A DNA stretch of 64,000 bases from contig CALHXW010000193.1 in assembly GCA_938040325.1 (NCBI GenBank), positions 246-64,245 on the forward strand, given 5' to 3'. Source of the DNA: an uncultured bacterium (GTDB lineage Bacteria > Myxococcota_A > UBA9042 > PHBI01). The translations under genes and the position numbers were made by a program. Of this stretch, positions 40,082-50,382 are shown piece after piece. The notes beneath the pieces were generated by a model that saw only the letters and a program-made list of their open reading frames with translations, was not told the DNA's origin and made no database searches. Numbering within the stretch: the first letter of the stretch is position 1; the number at the start of each line of letters is the position of its first letter.

Positions 40082-41448
40082 CAGGGCGTACCTCCAATCG
40101 GGGCGCGCGGGAGTGTGCGTAGGGTGTAGCTGCCGTTGGTGCTCACACCGATATGGGTGTCGAGTCCAAGGGTTTGCTGAACGCTGTAGGAGCTGTCGGT
40201 GGCGCCGAGCTGGAAGCCGTTGCCAAACCCGAACGGCACGCCGAGCTGGAACTGGCAGTCCTCGTCGGCGACCCCGTCGCAGTCATTGTCGAGCTCATCG
40301 CAGATGTCGGCCTGCCCCGGGAAATAGAAGGGGTCGCAGGGAGAGCAGTCGATGGCGTCAGCGGCGCCGTCGTCGTCATCGTCGTCGTCACAGGCATTGC
40401 CCAAGCCGTCGAGATCGCACTCCGCTTGGAGCGGGTTGGCCACGGTAGGGCAGTTGTCGAGCTCGTCGGCGACGAGATCGTTGTCGTCATCGGGGTCGCA
40501 GTCGTCGCTGAGCCCGTCGCCATCGGTGTCCACGGGACCGTCGTCGATGAGCCCGTTGCAGTCGTTGTCGATGCCGTCGCAGATCTCGGCGCTCGGTGTC
40601 GCGGCGTTGCAGGCGTCTAGCGCGCCCGAAACACAGGCGCGCACGCCGGAGCAGCTCCCAAAAGCGTTGGCCACTTCACAGGTCTCGGTCGAGTCTTCAT
40701 CGACGTCGCCGTCGCAGTCGTTGTCGCTACCGTCACAGGTCTCGACAGCAGGCGTCTGCGCGTCACACGCGGTCAGCCCCGAGGCCGTGCACGTTCGCTG
40801 TCCGCTGCAGGTCCCTGCGTCGTTGCTGACGGTGCACGATGTGGACGCAGCCTCAGCCACCGCTGCGTCCGAGCACTCGCACTGGCCGTCGGTCGGGACG
40901 CACTGCTTGATGGTGTCGCCTGCGAGGGTCGCGCGCGACAGACACGAGAAGCCGTCGGGGCACGCGCCGTCGTCGCAGAGCGCACCGCAGAAGCCACCTC
41001 CGCTGTCGCCGTCCTGAAGGCAGCGACCGCCGACCTCGCCGGCGATGGTGCAGTCGTCATCGGACGCACACGGGAAGCAGGCGCGCGCATAGAGAGGCAC
41101 GCACTGCGGTGAGCCGTCGAGCTCAGTGCAGGCCCAGCCGTCGGGGCAGTCTCCTGAGTCGCATGGACCAGCGCAGGCAGAGCCGTCGCCGGTTGGTAGG
41201 CAGGCACCGGTCGCGCAGGCTGCGTCGTCATCGCACGGGCAGCCAAGGGCGCCGCCACAGCCCGCGATGGTCTCGCCTGAGCCGTCCCCGCCGAGATCGC
41301 CGCCGTCCGCATCCGTGGTCGCATCCCCGTCGCCGGTCGTGTCGTCGCCGCAGCTGGCAGCGGCCAGACACGGCAGCGCCAGCAGCAGGAAGATGCCGAG
41401 GGCTGGACGTCGCCGCGAGGCGGCTTGAGATTCTTGGATGATTGCCAT
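40081..41448 (-). CDS. Cys/Asp-rich lipoprotein with CDGxDNDCDG and thrombospondin-3-like repeats
   Basis: Lipobox AASC; three E/DxCD.xDNDCxG motifs; DNCPTVANPLQ TSP3-like repeat; TGATG overlap with the fibre gene. Confidence 0.85.
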   Translation of the reverse strand: MAIIQESQAASRRRPALGIFLLLALPCLAAASCGDDTTGDGDATTDADGGDLGGDGSGETIAGCGGALGCPCDDDAACATGACLPTGDGSACAGPCDSGDCPDGWACTELDGSPQCVPLYARACFPCASDDDCTIAGEVGGRCLQDGDSGGGFCGALCDDGACPDGFSCLSRATLAGDTIKQCVPTDGQCECSDAAVAEAASTSCTVSNDAGTCSGQRTCTASGLTACDAQTPAVETCDGSDNDCDGDVDEDSTETCEVANAFGSCSGVRACVSGALDACNAATPSAEICDGIDNDCNGLIDDGPVDTDGDGLSDDCDPDDDNDLVADELDNCPTVANPLQAECDLDGLGNACDDDDDDDGAADAIDCSPCDPFYFPGQADICDELDNDCDGVADEDCQFQLGVPFGFGNGFQLGATDSSYSVQQTLGLDTHIGVSTNGSYTLRTLPRAPIGGTP

Positions 41449-41548
41449 CGAGCAGGATGGTAGAGACCTAAGAAGAGCCGCGCAAGAAGGGCGGTTACGA
41501 GGCGTACGCAAATGTGAGCAACTCGAGCGTCGTTCGGGAGTGACGGGC

Positions 41549-42631
41549 ATGGAAAAGTTCGACCGCGTCGGGATATTCGGCGTCGGGCTCATCGGCGGCT
41601 CGATCGCGCTAGCCCTAAAAGAACGTGGGCTCTGCGGGGAAGTCGTGGCCTATGACCGCGATCCAGCGACGCTCGAGACAGCGCTGACGCTCGGCGTGGC
41701 CGACCGAGTCGAAGAGACCTTGGGAGCCTGGGTCAACACGGTCGACGTTGGGATCCTCGCGGTGCCTGTGCGGGCGCTGCCAGGTCTGGCCGAGTCGATC
41801 GCGCCCTTCGCTGCCGATCGGACGTGCTGGCTGGATGTAGGCAGCGTCAAACACTCGGTCGTCAGCGAAGTCTCGCAGCACCTCCCACGTTTCGTCGGCA
41901 CCCACCCGATGGCAGGGCTCGAGCACGCCGGCGTGGCGCACGCCCACGCCGGACTGATCCACAACGCGATCTGGGCGATCTGCCCCGACACACGAACCGA
42001 CGGTCGCGACCTCGGCACCGTGACGGCGCTCGTACGTGCACTCGGCGCCTATCCGCTCGAGCTTGACCCTGCGCGTCACGACCGCTTGGTCGCTCGGGTC
42101 TCTCACGTGCCGTACGTCCTCGCTGTGGCGCTCAACCTGATGATCGCTCGCGACGATGCGGACCGCGACCCGCTGCTCGCACTGGCTGCGGGTGGGTTTC
42201 GGGATCTCACTCGAGTGGCATCCGGCGCGGTCGAGATGAGTCGCGACATGGTCACAGCGAACACGCCCGAGGTCCGTCGTGCGCTCGACGACCTCATGGA
42301 CGTGGTTCGCTCGCTCGCTGAGACCCTCGACGAGCCGTCGCTGTTTGCGACCGAAGCCGCGGAAGCGAAGCTCCACCGTGACGCGCTTCCGATCGTGGCT
42401 CGCACGATCTTGCCGTCGCTCCACGACGTCTACGTTAGTCTTCCGGACCGCCCGATGGAGCTCGCTCGCCTGACGACCACCTTGGGTGAGGCGGGCGTGA
42501 ACATTCGCGACATCGAGGTGCTCAAGATCCGTGGTGGTCGCGGGGAGGCGATCCGCGTCGGCGTAAGCTCGGATGCGTTCCGCGAGGCGGCACTGGCCGC
42601 GCTGATGGCGGCCGGCTATCACGTCCGCTGA
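41549..42631 (+). CDS. tyrA: Prephenate/arogenate dehydrogenase with C-terminal ACT domain
   Basis: GVGLIGGS, DVGSVK, GTHPMAG.E, HD.LVA.VSHVP, GGFRDLTRVA, ACT (LPDRP). Confidence 0.94.
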   Translation: MEKFDRVGIFGVGLIGGSIALALKERGLCGEVVAYDRDPATLETALTLGVADRVEETLGAWVNTVDVGILAVPVRALPGLAESIAPFAADRTCWLDVGSVKHSVVSEVSQHLPRFVGTHPMAGLEHAGVAHAHAGLIHNAIWAICPDTRTDGRDLGTVTALVRALGAYPLELDPARHDRLVARVSHVPYVLAVALNLMIARDDADRDPLLALAAGGFRDLTRVASGAVEMSRDMVTANTPEVRRALDDLMDVVRSLAETLDEPSLFATEAAEAKLHRDALPIVARTILPSLHDVYVSLPDRPMELARLTTTLGEAGVNIRDIEVLKIRGGRGEAIRVGVSSDAFREAALAALMAAGYHVR

Positions 42632-42633
42632 CC

Positions 42634-43452
42634 TCAGCCGCAGGCCCTCAGAGCGTCGATGAACGCACGAGCGCGGTCGGGGTCCACGGCGGCAAGGACG
42701 TCGCCACCCGCCTTGATCGACGTCCCGACGATGAACCCATCGGCGTGAGCTGCCAGGGCAGCGACGCTCTCGACGGACGCGCCCGAGCCGATCCAAACGG
42801 GGCAGCGCTCAGGCACCGCGGCGCGCACGGCTGCCACGTGGCTCGGGTCGGTTGTCCCCCCGGTTCGGCTGCCGCTGACGATGAGGCCGTCGGCGCGTCC
42901 GCGGTGAAAGGTCTCCTCGGCTTCCTCTTGCAGCGGGCGCGCCGCAACGGGTGCAGCGTGCTTGACCTGCACGTCGGCGAGGACGGCGACGCCCGGTGCG
43001 ATGCGGTCGCGGTAGCGGATGGTCTCGTGTGCCCGCCCCTGCAAGATCCCTTGGTCGGTCACGGCAGCTCCGATGTGGACGTTGACGCGCACGAGGTGCG
43101 CGCCGACGGCCGCCGCGATCGCCACCGCTGAGCGCACATCGTTGCGCAGCACGTTGATGCCGAGTCGGAAGGGACCACCGTCGGAGCCGCGAGCGTCGAC
43201 GACGGCTAGCTGCACGGCGGCGGCGATACGCGCCATGGCAGCGATCGTGTGCGGCTCGACCCCCTCCGGATGGAACGGGCGATCCCCAAAGTTTTCGATC
43301 ATCGCCCCATCGAACCCAGCGGCAGCGAGGCACTGGGCGTCTGCAATCGCCGCGTCGACGACCTCGCCGAGGCCTCCACCGCCCTCGAGGAGTGGGCCCA
43401 GGTGAATCATTCCGACAGCGGCTTTCGCACCGGGTTTAGGCCACGCTCTCAC
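42634..43452 (-). CDS. btpA: BtpA/SgcQ family protein
   Basis: GMIHL, IENFGDRPF, GINVLRND, ADVQVKHA, IVSG..TG. Confidence 0.93.
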   Translation of the reverse strand: MRAWPKPGAKAAVGMIHLGPLLEGGGGLGEVVDAAIADAQCLAAAGFDGAMIENFGDRPFHPEGVEPHTIAAMARIAAAVQLAVVDARGSDGGPFRLGINVLRNDVRSAVAIAAAVGAHLVRVNVHIGAAVTDQGILQGRAHETIRYRDRIAPGVAVLADVQVKHAAPVAARPLQEEAEETFHRGRADGLIVSGSRTGGTTDPSHVAAVRAAVPERCPVWIGSGASVESVAALAAHADGFIVGTSIKAGGDVLAAVDPDRARAFIDALRACG

Positions 43453-44123
43453 TGGAGCGACGCCGTGTGCGGCGGGCGACTGGCGAACGCGTAGAGCGTC
43501 GCGATCTGCTCGAGCAGCTTGTGGCGTCTCAGCGACGGGCTGCGTGTGTCGAGCAGCGCTTGCCGCGCGTCAGCGTCTTCGATCAGCGCGTGCGCGATGC
43601 GAAACACCAGCTTGGCCCCGTCCAGCTCGCTGGTGGCGCGCGTGGCGAAGAGGTCGTGAGACTTGTCTTCCAGCGCTCGGATCAGGCTCAAGGTCGCCTG
43701 GATCAGCTCCGCTCTCTCGCTGACCCGGGCTGCTTCCGGCTGGTCAAGCAGCGGATGTGCGACCGCGTGGCGGTAGGGGGAGCCGGGGGACGGGATCTCC
43801 TCGAGGCGGCACGGGAACAGGCCTTCGACAACGATGAGGTAGTCGCCGCCGTTGAGCGGCGTCGCCACGCTCATGAGCGCCATCGATGCGACTGGGTAGA
43901 TCGCGGTGTCGTCAGCGCCCAGCGAGAGATCGCTTGGGGCTGCGAGACGCGGCACGGCCAGCCAGCGCTCGTCTTCCGGCTTGGCAAGGAGGTCCTCAAC
44001 CATCGTCCGGTAGCGCGCTTCGAAGACGCGGTACGGGGTTGGGGTGCCGGGCAAGAGCACATGATCGGCGAGGGGAAAGAGGGGCACGGTGTTGAGCCGC
44101 GCGGACGGAGCGCTGTAGACCAT
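43449..44123 (-). CDS. Stand-alone LON peptidase substrate-binding domain protein
   Basis: VPLFPL..HVLLPG...PYRVFEARYRTMV; 3' part of ORF 43449..45086. Confidence 0.88.
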   Translation of the reverse strand: MVYSAPSARLNTVPLFPLADHVLLPGTPTPYRVFEARYRTMVEDLLAKPEDERWLAVPRLAAPSDLSLGADDTAIYPVASMALMSVATPLNGGDYLIVVEGLFPCRLEEIPSPGSPYRHAVAHPLLDQPEAARVSERAELIQATLSLIRALEDKSHDLFATRATSELDGAKLVFRIAHALIEDADARQALLDTRSPSLRRHKLLEQIATLYAFASRPPHTASLQ

Positions 44124-44142
44124 CGGGCGTCTTCCTTGTCGT

Positions 44143-45462
44143 TTATACGAGGCGTGTCGGGTAGGTGCCGAGCACGCGGAGGTAGCTAGCGTGACCTTGA
44201 ACCGCGGCGAGTGCGGCTTGGACCGGTGGACTGGCGGCTGAGCCGTCGACATCCACGTAAAAGAGGTAGTTCCACGGGGTGCGCTTGTCCGGGCGGGACT
44301 CGATGCGCGTGAGGTTGACGTCGCGGACCGCAAACTCGGCGAGGCAGGCGTAGAGGTTGCCGGCCGTGTGGTCGGTCGCAAAGAGGATCGACGTCTTGTG
44401 GCGTGCGTCTGCTGGGAATCCTGGGGCCACGTGATTGGCGGCCGCATGGCGCGGTGTGAGCAGCCAGAAGCGGGTATAGTTCTCGGCGAGGTCCTGAATG
44501 CCATCGGCGAGGACGGTGAGTCCGAGGGCAGAGCCGGCGACGCGACTGGCGATGGCGGAGACCGTGACGTCGCCTCGCTCAGCGACTGTGGCCGCGGCTT
44601 CTGCCGTGTTGTGCGCGGCGATGGCGCGCCAGCGGTGGGACCGGATCCAGTTCTCGCACTGGGAGAGCGCCTGGGGATGGCTGGTGACTTCTTCGATGGT
44701 CGCGAGCGTCGCGCCCTGTGGGGCGAGCAGCGCGTGCCGCACCGGCAAGACCAGCTCGCCGACGACGCCGACTTCGTGCTGTTGGAGCAGGTCGTAGACC
44801 TTGTAGATCGAACCGGTCGTTGAGTTTTCGATCGGGACCAGCGCCGCAGGGGCGACCCCGGAGCTGACGGCGGCAAAGACCTCTTGGAACGAGCTCCGAG
44901 GCGCCAGCTTCTGCACCTGGAAGGCGAGGGCCGCCGCCTCGTGGGAGTACGAACCCTGGCCGCCGAGCAGCGCCATGGGCTCAAGGCGAAGCGGTGTTGC
45001 AGGCGGCGGTTCCGGGGCGGCGATCGGCGGGACGGACACGGCGATCGCTTCGGGATCTTCGGGGGCGGGCGTGATGGCGTCGCCATCTCCGACAGGCGGG
45101 ATCGCCCAGTCCGGGCGCAGGAGCCGTGAGTCGTGCAGGTAGGCGTGGCGCACGTCCGCGCTCGGTGTGTCGGTGTTCCAGTGGATCAGCACTCGGACGC
45201 AGCGGGCGACGCTGCTAGGCGCTGAGATCTCGCGGGCGCAGAGCATCGGGACTTGGGTCCAGCCGAGGCGTCGCGCGGCCCGCGCGGGGAACGTCGACCG
45301 GATATCGGGGGTCGTCGTAAAGAAGATACTAGCGAGGTCGTCAGGCTCGAAGCCGTTGAGATCACGAAGTGTCTGCAGGAGCGTCTGCGTCGCGGCAAGC
45401 ACCTCATCGAGGGTGTCGTCGTCGACGGTTGTCGCCCCACGAATGCCTACACAACGGGTCAT
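44143..45462 (-). CDS. pheA: AroH-type chorismate mutase fused to prephenate dehydratase (with ACT)
   Basis: GIRGATT...FPA.AAR...LRPD (AroH), Pro-rich linker, GSYS, VPIENSTTG, SHPQALSQC, NYTRF, LTRIESRP. Confidence 0.93.
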   Translation of the reverse strand: MTRCVGIRGATTVDDDTLDEVLAATQTLLQTLRDLNGFEPDDLASIFFTTTPDIRSTFPARAARRLGWTQVPMLCAREISAPSSVARCVRVLIHWNTDTPSADVRHAYLHDSRLLRPDWAIPPVGDGDAITPAPEDPEAIAVSVPPIAAPEPPPATPLRLEPMALLGGQGSYSHEAAALAFQVQKLAPRSSFQEVFAAVSSGVAPAALVPIENSTTGSIYKVYDLLQQHEVGVVGELVLPVRHALLAPQGATLATIEEVTSHPQALSQCENWIRSHRWRAIAAHNTAEAAATVAERGDVTVSAIASRVAGSALGLTVLADGIQDLAENYTRFWLLTPRHAAANHVAPGFPADARHKTSILFATDHTAGNLYACLAEFAVRDVNLTRIESRPDKRTPWNYLFYVDVDGSAASPPVQAALAAVQGHASYLRVLGTYPTRLV

Positions 45463-45684
45463 GATGCTCCTCGGCCATAGCGATCCCCCCTAGGTGCGAT
45501 CGCGTGAGCCTCCCCGACCCGAGTCTTGTGGTACCAGCGACCCACCAGTGACGCCAAAAAAGTGACTGTTGCGCCGGTCGTGGGCCCGGCGAGTGAGGGA
45601 GCAACCCCGTCGGCTCTGCTGGTGTTGGCGCGGCGGCGCCGCTACCGTTGCTGCAACCACAGACGCGCGAACCGAAGAGGTCAG

Positions 45685-46824
45685 ATGATGGCGACAGCGA
45701 TGACGGTGCGGACTTGGCGGCTCGCCGTCGCGGCGCTGACCGCGATGATGCTTGTACCGGGAGGGCCCCTGACCGGCGAAGCCCGTGCTCAGGCCGCCAA
45801 CGATGACATCCTCAAGCTGCTGGAAAACGACCTGACGGCGATCGGTGTGAACACGCCGATCTGGCTCGCGCAGCACCTCCCCGCGATGATGCCTTCGTCC
45901 GGGATCGGCGCGGGCTCGGGGCTGTCGGATGACTCGGGCGCGTTCAAGTTTGGCGTCTTCACCCGCATTGGCATGCTCAACAACTTCAAGGACGTCGGCT
46001 ACGGCCTGAAGCTCGCCGACATCGAGAGCGAGCTACCGAACCTGCTGCCGTGGCCTCAGATCGGCCTTGTGGCGGGGATCGGCCTGGGCGACGGGCTCGA
46101 GGTTGGTGCTGATGTCCAGTTCATTCCGGCCCTCGACATCGCTGGCGAAGGGATCGAGCTCAAGGCGTCGCTGCTGTCGATCGCGGGCACGCTGCGCTGG
46201 CGTCTCAACAAGGCCAAAGGGATCATCCCGGCGGTCGTCATCGGACTGGGCGCCTCCTACTACACCGGCAGCTTCGAGGTGGGCGCTGGATTCGAAGAGG
46301 CCTACACCGCTGAGACCGATGAAGGCTCGGTCGGTGGTACCTACTCGTTCAGCGCAGCTCCGGGCGTCGACTGGTCGCTCTTTCAGCTCGCGCCCGAGGT
46401 TCGTGTCGGCTGGGACCTGCTCGGGGTGCTGCGGCCCTATGTCGGCATCGGGCTTGGCGTCACGTTCGGGACGGTCTCAGATTCGCTGAAGCTGAAAGCG
46501 GTGGCCACCATCGATGAGATCAACGGGCAGCCGGTCACCCCTCGTGAAGTCGTCTACGAGGACCGCGTGTTGCTCTTTGAGACGACGGCCGCCAAGTACA
46601 CCCTGCGGCCCCACCTGGGACTCGATATCCTGCTTGGGCCAGCGGCCCTCACCGTTCAGGCGGACTTCGCGGTCATGGGCAAAGACGAGATCAACAGCGA
46701 CTTTAGCAGCGCCGCTGGCAGCTTCGATGTCTCCGATCCAGGGTTCCTGTTCAGCCAAAACAGCAACAAGGACCAGTCGAACGCTGCCGTGGTGCTGACG
46801 GTGGCTCTTCGCGTGCAGTTCTAG
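45685..46824 (+). CDS. Outer-membrane beta-barrel protein of unknown function
   Basis: Signal peptide (ARA-Q), amphipathic strands, C-terminal VALRVQF; GAGG RBS. Confidence 0.75.
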   Translation: MMATAMTVRTWRLAVAALTAMMLVPGGPLTGEARAQAANDDILKLLENDLTAIGVNTPIWLAQHLPAMMPSSGIGAGSGLSDDSGAFKFGVFTRIGMLNNFKDVGYGLKLADIESELPNLLPWPQIGLVAGIGLGDGLEVGADVQFIPALDIAGEGIELKASLLSIAGTLRWRLNKAKGIIPAVVIGLGASYYTGSFEVGAGFEEAYTAETDEGSVGGTYSFSAAPGVDWSLFQLAPEVRVGWDLLGVLRPYVGIGLGVTFGTVSDSLKLKAVATIDEINGQPVTPREVVYEDRVLLFETTAAKYTLRPHLGLDILLGPAALTVQADFAVMGKDEINSDFSSAAGSFDVSDPGFLFSQNSNKDQSNAAVVLTVALRVQF

Positions 46825-46893
46825 CTGAGCGCTGCGGCAGCCGTGAGCGGTCAATCATCGACATCGGCCGTCACGGTGACTATCGTCGCCGCC

Positions 46894-47499
46894 ATGAGCA
46901 CCCATGTTGAAGCTGTAGGCCGGCTCCTCGGAGCCTCTTCTGTCAACGCCGACGCGCTCGCGGGCGCGTTCAACGGCCTCGATTCCGACGCCTGCGTCGC
47001 GGCGATCGAGCGTCTCACCAAGCGCGACATGATCCGAATGTGGGGCGCTGTCGAGGGACGCCAGGTCGACGCTGAGAGCTTCGTTCCCGCAGGGACCGCG
47101 GTGGACGTTGAGGTGATTCACGAGGGCAAGAACTCGCTGCCGGTGTTCAGCCGCTTCCAGAAGCGCTTCACCCTGGCCCAGGGGCGCCCCGGCGTTCTCT
47201 ACGGCTACAACCACAACTGGTTCAACTTCACGACCGCGGGGCCTGGCTATTTTGTGGCGCACCAAGACGATAGCTTCGGTGCCTACGGACTCGACTATTG
47301 CCAGCTGCCGCCGCGTGACGTGCGGCTGCCGTCGGGATGGCCGGCTGTGGTCCCGCAGAACCGCGGCTTGCAGCGCTTCATCTACGCCAACATGGTCGAC
47401 TACATGCGCGGCGTGAGCGACCGCGTGACGATCGGACGAGCGTGGGTGAAGGGCAAGATGACCAACAACTACTTCGTGTTGTCGCGAACCGGTCGGTAG
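46894..47499 (+). CDS. Hypothetical protein
   Basis: Globular, aromatic-rich (HEGKNSLP.F.RFQKRF, GYNH, GPGYFV, MVDYMR); no family assigned. Confidence 0.75.
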   Translation: MSTHVEAVGRLLGASSVNADALAGAFNGLDSDACVAAIERLTKRDMIRMWGAVEGRQVDAESFVPAGTAVDVEVIHEGKNSLPVFSRFQKRFTLAQGRPGVLYGYNHNWFNFTTAGPGYFVAHQDDSFGAYGLDYCQLPPRDVRLPSGWPAVVPQNRGLQRFIYANMVDYMRGVSDRVTIGRAWVKGKMTNNYFVLSRTGR

Positions 47500-47514
47500 C
47501 GCGTCCTCGCCGAC

Positions 47515-48621
47515 CTACTCGGGTAGAAAAAGGGTCGCCTGGAGCCCGCCGCCAGGGCGGTCCTCAAGCCACGCGGCGCCCTGGTGCAGCTCGGCGACCA
47601 CGCCGACGACCGCAAGCCCGACGCCCGCACCTTCATTGTAGTCGGCATGGCAGCGCTCGAAGAGCTCGAACGCACGCTCGCGCAGGGGTTCTTTGAGACC
47701 GACGCCACGGTCTTCGACGCGAATGCCGAAGCCCGGCCGGCCCCGGTGGGTGAGTGGTGCCACCGAGATCTTGGCCCACGGCGTCTCTTCGGTGGTGAAG
47801 TAGAGCGCGTTGTCGACGAGGGCTTTGACGGCCGCAGAGAGCGCCCGCCGGTCGCAGTTGAGCCGGATGGTTGTCGGCACGGCTTCGATCTCGAAGGTCT
47901 CCGTCGAGCGCTCGAACTGAACGTCTTCGAGCGCGTCCTGTACGAGGCCGTTGAGCTCCACGCTCCCAAGCTCTAGCGGACGCTTCGCGAGCCGCAGGTA
48001 GCCCACGACGTCGTCGATGAGCTTTGCCAGCCGCTCGCCGCCGCGCTCCATACGCTTGCACCAGTCGCGTCCCTCATCGGAGAGCGACTCGCCTTCGAAC
48101 TCCAGCAGCAGTCCGCTCAGCCCGACCAGGCTCTGTAGCTGACCGCGGAACTCGTGGCGCATGGCTCGCAACAGCTGGTCGACGCCATTGCCGAGTCGCT
48201 CGCTCCTACGCGCGCTGAGGCGCCGTGACGCACGAGATGCCGCTGCTGCACGCATCGTGAGCGTCAGCACTCCCTCGCGGAGCGGTCGCATGACCACGCG
48301 GTCGACGCCGGCGAGCGTGTCGACAGCGGCTAAGCGGGGGGCATCTGCGGCATCGACAAGAAGCACGCCCACGAGGTCTGCGCCTCGCTGGGCAAGGCGG
48401 CTCAGGATCGCGGCTCCCGAGGTGTCCGCCAGGTCGTGAGGCACGACAACGATCGGCGTCGCCCGTTCGTCGACCGCGGTGGTGAGGTCTTCGAAGCTCC
48501 CAACGACGACGGCGTCGAAGTCGGGTCCTAGCGCATCGCTGATCGTGTCCTGCCCCACGTAACGCGGATCAGCCATGACCACGACGGGACACGTCACGCT
48601 CTCGGGAAGGCTCTGCATCAC
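47515..48621 (-). CDS. Histidine kinase with degenerate N-terminal receiver-like domain
   Basis: RHEFRGQL H-box, [20 protein letters not shown]; the REC-like N-terminus lacks the acceptor Asp. Confidence 0.85.
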   Translation of the reverse strand: MMQSLPESVTCPVVVMADPRYVGQDTISDALGPDFDAVVVGSFEDLTTAVDERATPIVVVPHDLADTSGAAILSRLAQRGADLVGVLLVDAADAPRLAAVDTLAGVDRVVMRPLREGVLTLTMRAAAASRASRRLSARRSERLGNGVDQLLRAMRHEFRGQLQSLVGLSGLLLEFEGESLSDEGRDWCKRMERGGERLAKLIDDVVGYLRLAKRPLELGSVELNGLVQDALEDVQFERSTETFEIEAVPTTIRLNCDRRALSAAVKALVDNALYFTTEETPWAKISVAPLTHRGRPGFGIRVEDRGVGLKEPLRERAFELFERCHADYNEGAGVGLAVVGVVAELHQGAAWLEDRPGGGLQATLFLPE

Positions 48622-48696
48622 GGTCTGACCTGGGTCGATTCCGAGGGACGCGGCGAACTGTGGATTGTTTTCACGTTCTGGGGCATACCGCGACCC

Positions 48697-50370
48697 ATGG
48701 CCGAAATCATCATGAACCTAGTCAACATGAGGAAAGTCCTGCCCAACGGCCGGGAACTCCTCAAGGGTATTTACATCAGCTTCTTTCGAGGAGCGAAGAT
48801 CGGCGTGATCGGCGTCAACGGCGCGGGTAAGTCCACGCTGATGCGGATCATTGCTGGTCACGACAAGGAGTTTCAGGGCGAGCTCATCCTCGCTCCCGGG
48901 ATCCGCGTGGGCTACCTCCAGCAGGAGCCGGAGCTGGATCCTAGCCTCGATGTCCGTGGGAACGTCGAGCTCGGCCTCAAGGAGATCAAGGACCTCCTCG
49001 AGGAGTACGAAGCGATCAACGCGAAGTTCGCCGAGCCGATGGACGACGACGCGATGGAGAAGCTGATCGCGGACCAGGCGCGGGTCCAAGACGCGATCGA
49101 GGCCGCCGATGCGTGGGACCTCGACAACCGGGTAAACGTGGCCATGGCCGCGCTGCGGTGCCCGCCGCCCGATGCGGACGTCACCAAGCTCTCAGGCGGG
49201 GAGAAGCGTCGCGTGGCGCTGACAAAGATCCTGCTGGAGGCTCCTGAGATTCTCCTGCTCGACGAGCCTACCAACCACCTCGACGCGGAGTCGGTCGCGT
49301 GGCTTGAGCGGCACCTGCGCGAGTACGCAGGCACCGTGCTGATCGTCACTCACGATCGCTACTTCCTCGACAACATCACCAAGTGGGTGCTCGAGCTGGA
49401 CCGCGGCAAGGGCATCCCGTGGGAAGGTTCGTACTCCTCCTGGCTGCAGCAGAAGCAGAAGCGGCTGGAGCACGAGGACAAGACCAACTCGCGACGGGCC
49501 CAGACCCTCAAGCGCGAGTACGAGTGGATCCAGCTGTCGCAGAAGGCTCGCCAGGCGAAAGGCAAGGCGCGCCTCAACGCTTACGACAAGCTGGCCGATC
49601 AGGAAGCGTCGAAGCGGGACACGCCGTCGCAGATCACGATCGCGCCTGGGCCGCGGCTGGGAACGACCGTCGTCGAGGCCAATGGCCTGAGCAAGGCGTT
49701 CGGCGACAAGCTCCTCTTTGACGATCTGAACTTCCACCTGCCGCGTGCAGGCATTGTCGGCGTTGTCGGGGCCAATGGTGCCGGTAAGTCAACGCTGCTC
49801 AAGATGCTGGTCGGTGAAGAGACGCCCGATAGCGGCAGCCTCAAGATCGGTGAGACCGTCAAGATTGCCTACGTGAACCAGGGTCGCTCTGACTTGGATG
49901 ACGACAAGACCGTCTACCAGGAGATCAGCCAGGGCGCCGAGGTCATCAACATTGGCCCACGCGAAGTGAACTCGCGTGCCTACTGCGGCTTCTTCAACTT
50001 CAAAGGCGCCGACCAGCAAAAGCGCGTAGGCGATCTCTCAGGCGGCGAGCGCAACCGTGTGCAGCTTGCGAAGCTGCTCATCGAGGGCGGAAACCTCATC
50101 CTTCTCGATGAGCCGAGCAATGACCTCGACGTCGAGACGCTGCGGGCGCTGGAAGACGCGATCGCAGAGTTCTCTGGCTGCGTGGTGCTCGTTAGCCACG
50201 ATCGTTGGATGCTCGACCGTCTTGCCACCCACATCCTCGCGTTCGAAGGCAACAGCGAGGTGCTGTGGTTTGAGGGCAACTGGCAGGCCTACGAGGCCGA
50301 TCGGAAGGCCCGCCTCGGTAAGGACGCGGAGAACCCGCGGCCGATCAAGTACCGCCCGCTGACGCGGTAG
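48697..50370 (+). CDS. ettA: Energy-dependent translational throttle protein EttA (ABC-F)
   Basis: Two ABC domains ([21 protein letters not shown]), GAKIGV, KARQAK.KAR linker, C-terminal IKYRPLTR. Confidence 0.96.
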   Translation: MAEIIMNLVNMRKVLPNGRELLKGIYISFFRGAKIGVIGVNGAGKSTLMRIIAGHDKEFQGELILAPGIRVGYLQQEPELDPSLDVRGNVELGLKEIKDLLEEYEAINAKFAEPMDDDAMEKLIADQARVQDAIEAADAWDLDNRVNVAMAALRCPPPDADVTKLSGGEKRRVALTKILLEAPEILLLDEPTNHLDAESVAWLERHLREYAGTVLIVTHDRYFLDNITKWVLELDRGKGIPWEGSYSSWLQQKQKRLEHEDKTNSRRAQTLKREYEWIQLSQKARQAKGKARLNAYDKLADQEASKRDTPSQITIAPGPRLGTTVVEANGLSKAFGDKLLFDDLNFHLPRAGIVGVVGANGAGKSTLLKMLVGEETPDSGSLKIGETVKIAYVNQGRSDLDDDKTVYQEISQGAEVINIGPREVNSRAYCGFFNFKGADQQKRVGDLSGGERNRVQLAKLLIEGGNLILLDEPSNDLDVETLRALEDAIAEFSGCVVLVSHDRWMLDRLATHILAFEGNSEVLWFEGNWQAYEADRKARLGKDAENPRPIKYRPLTR

Positions 50371-50382
50371 GCGCGCCACGCC

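Noticed and set aside
43449-45086. 545-aa ORF as a long LON-domain fusion
   Set aside because: The first 321 codons are an alternative frame inside aroH-pheA; the plausible start is ATG 44123.
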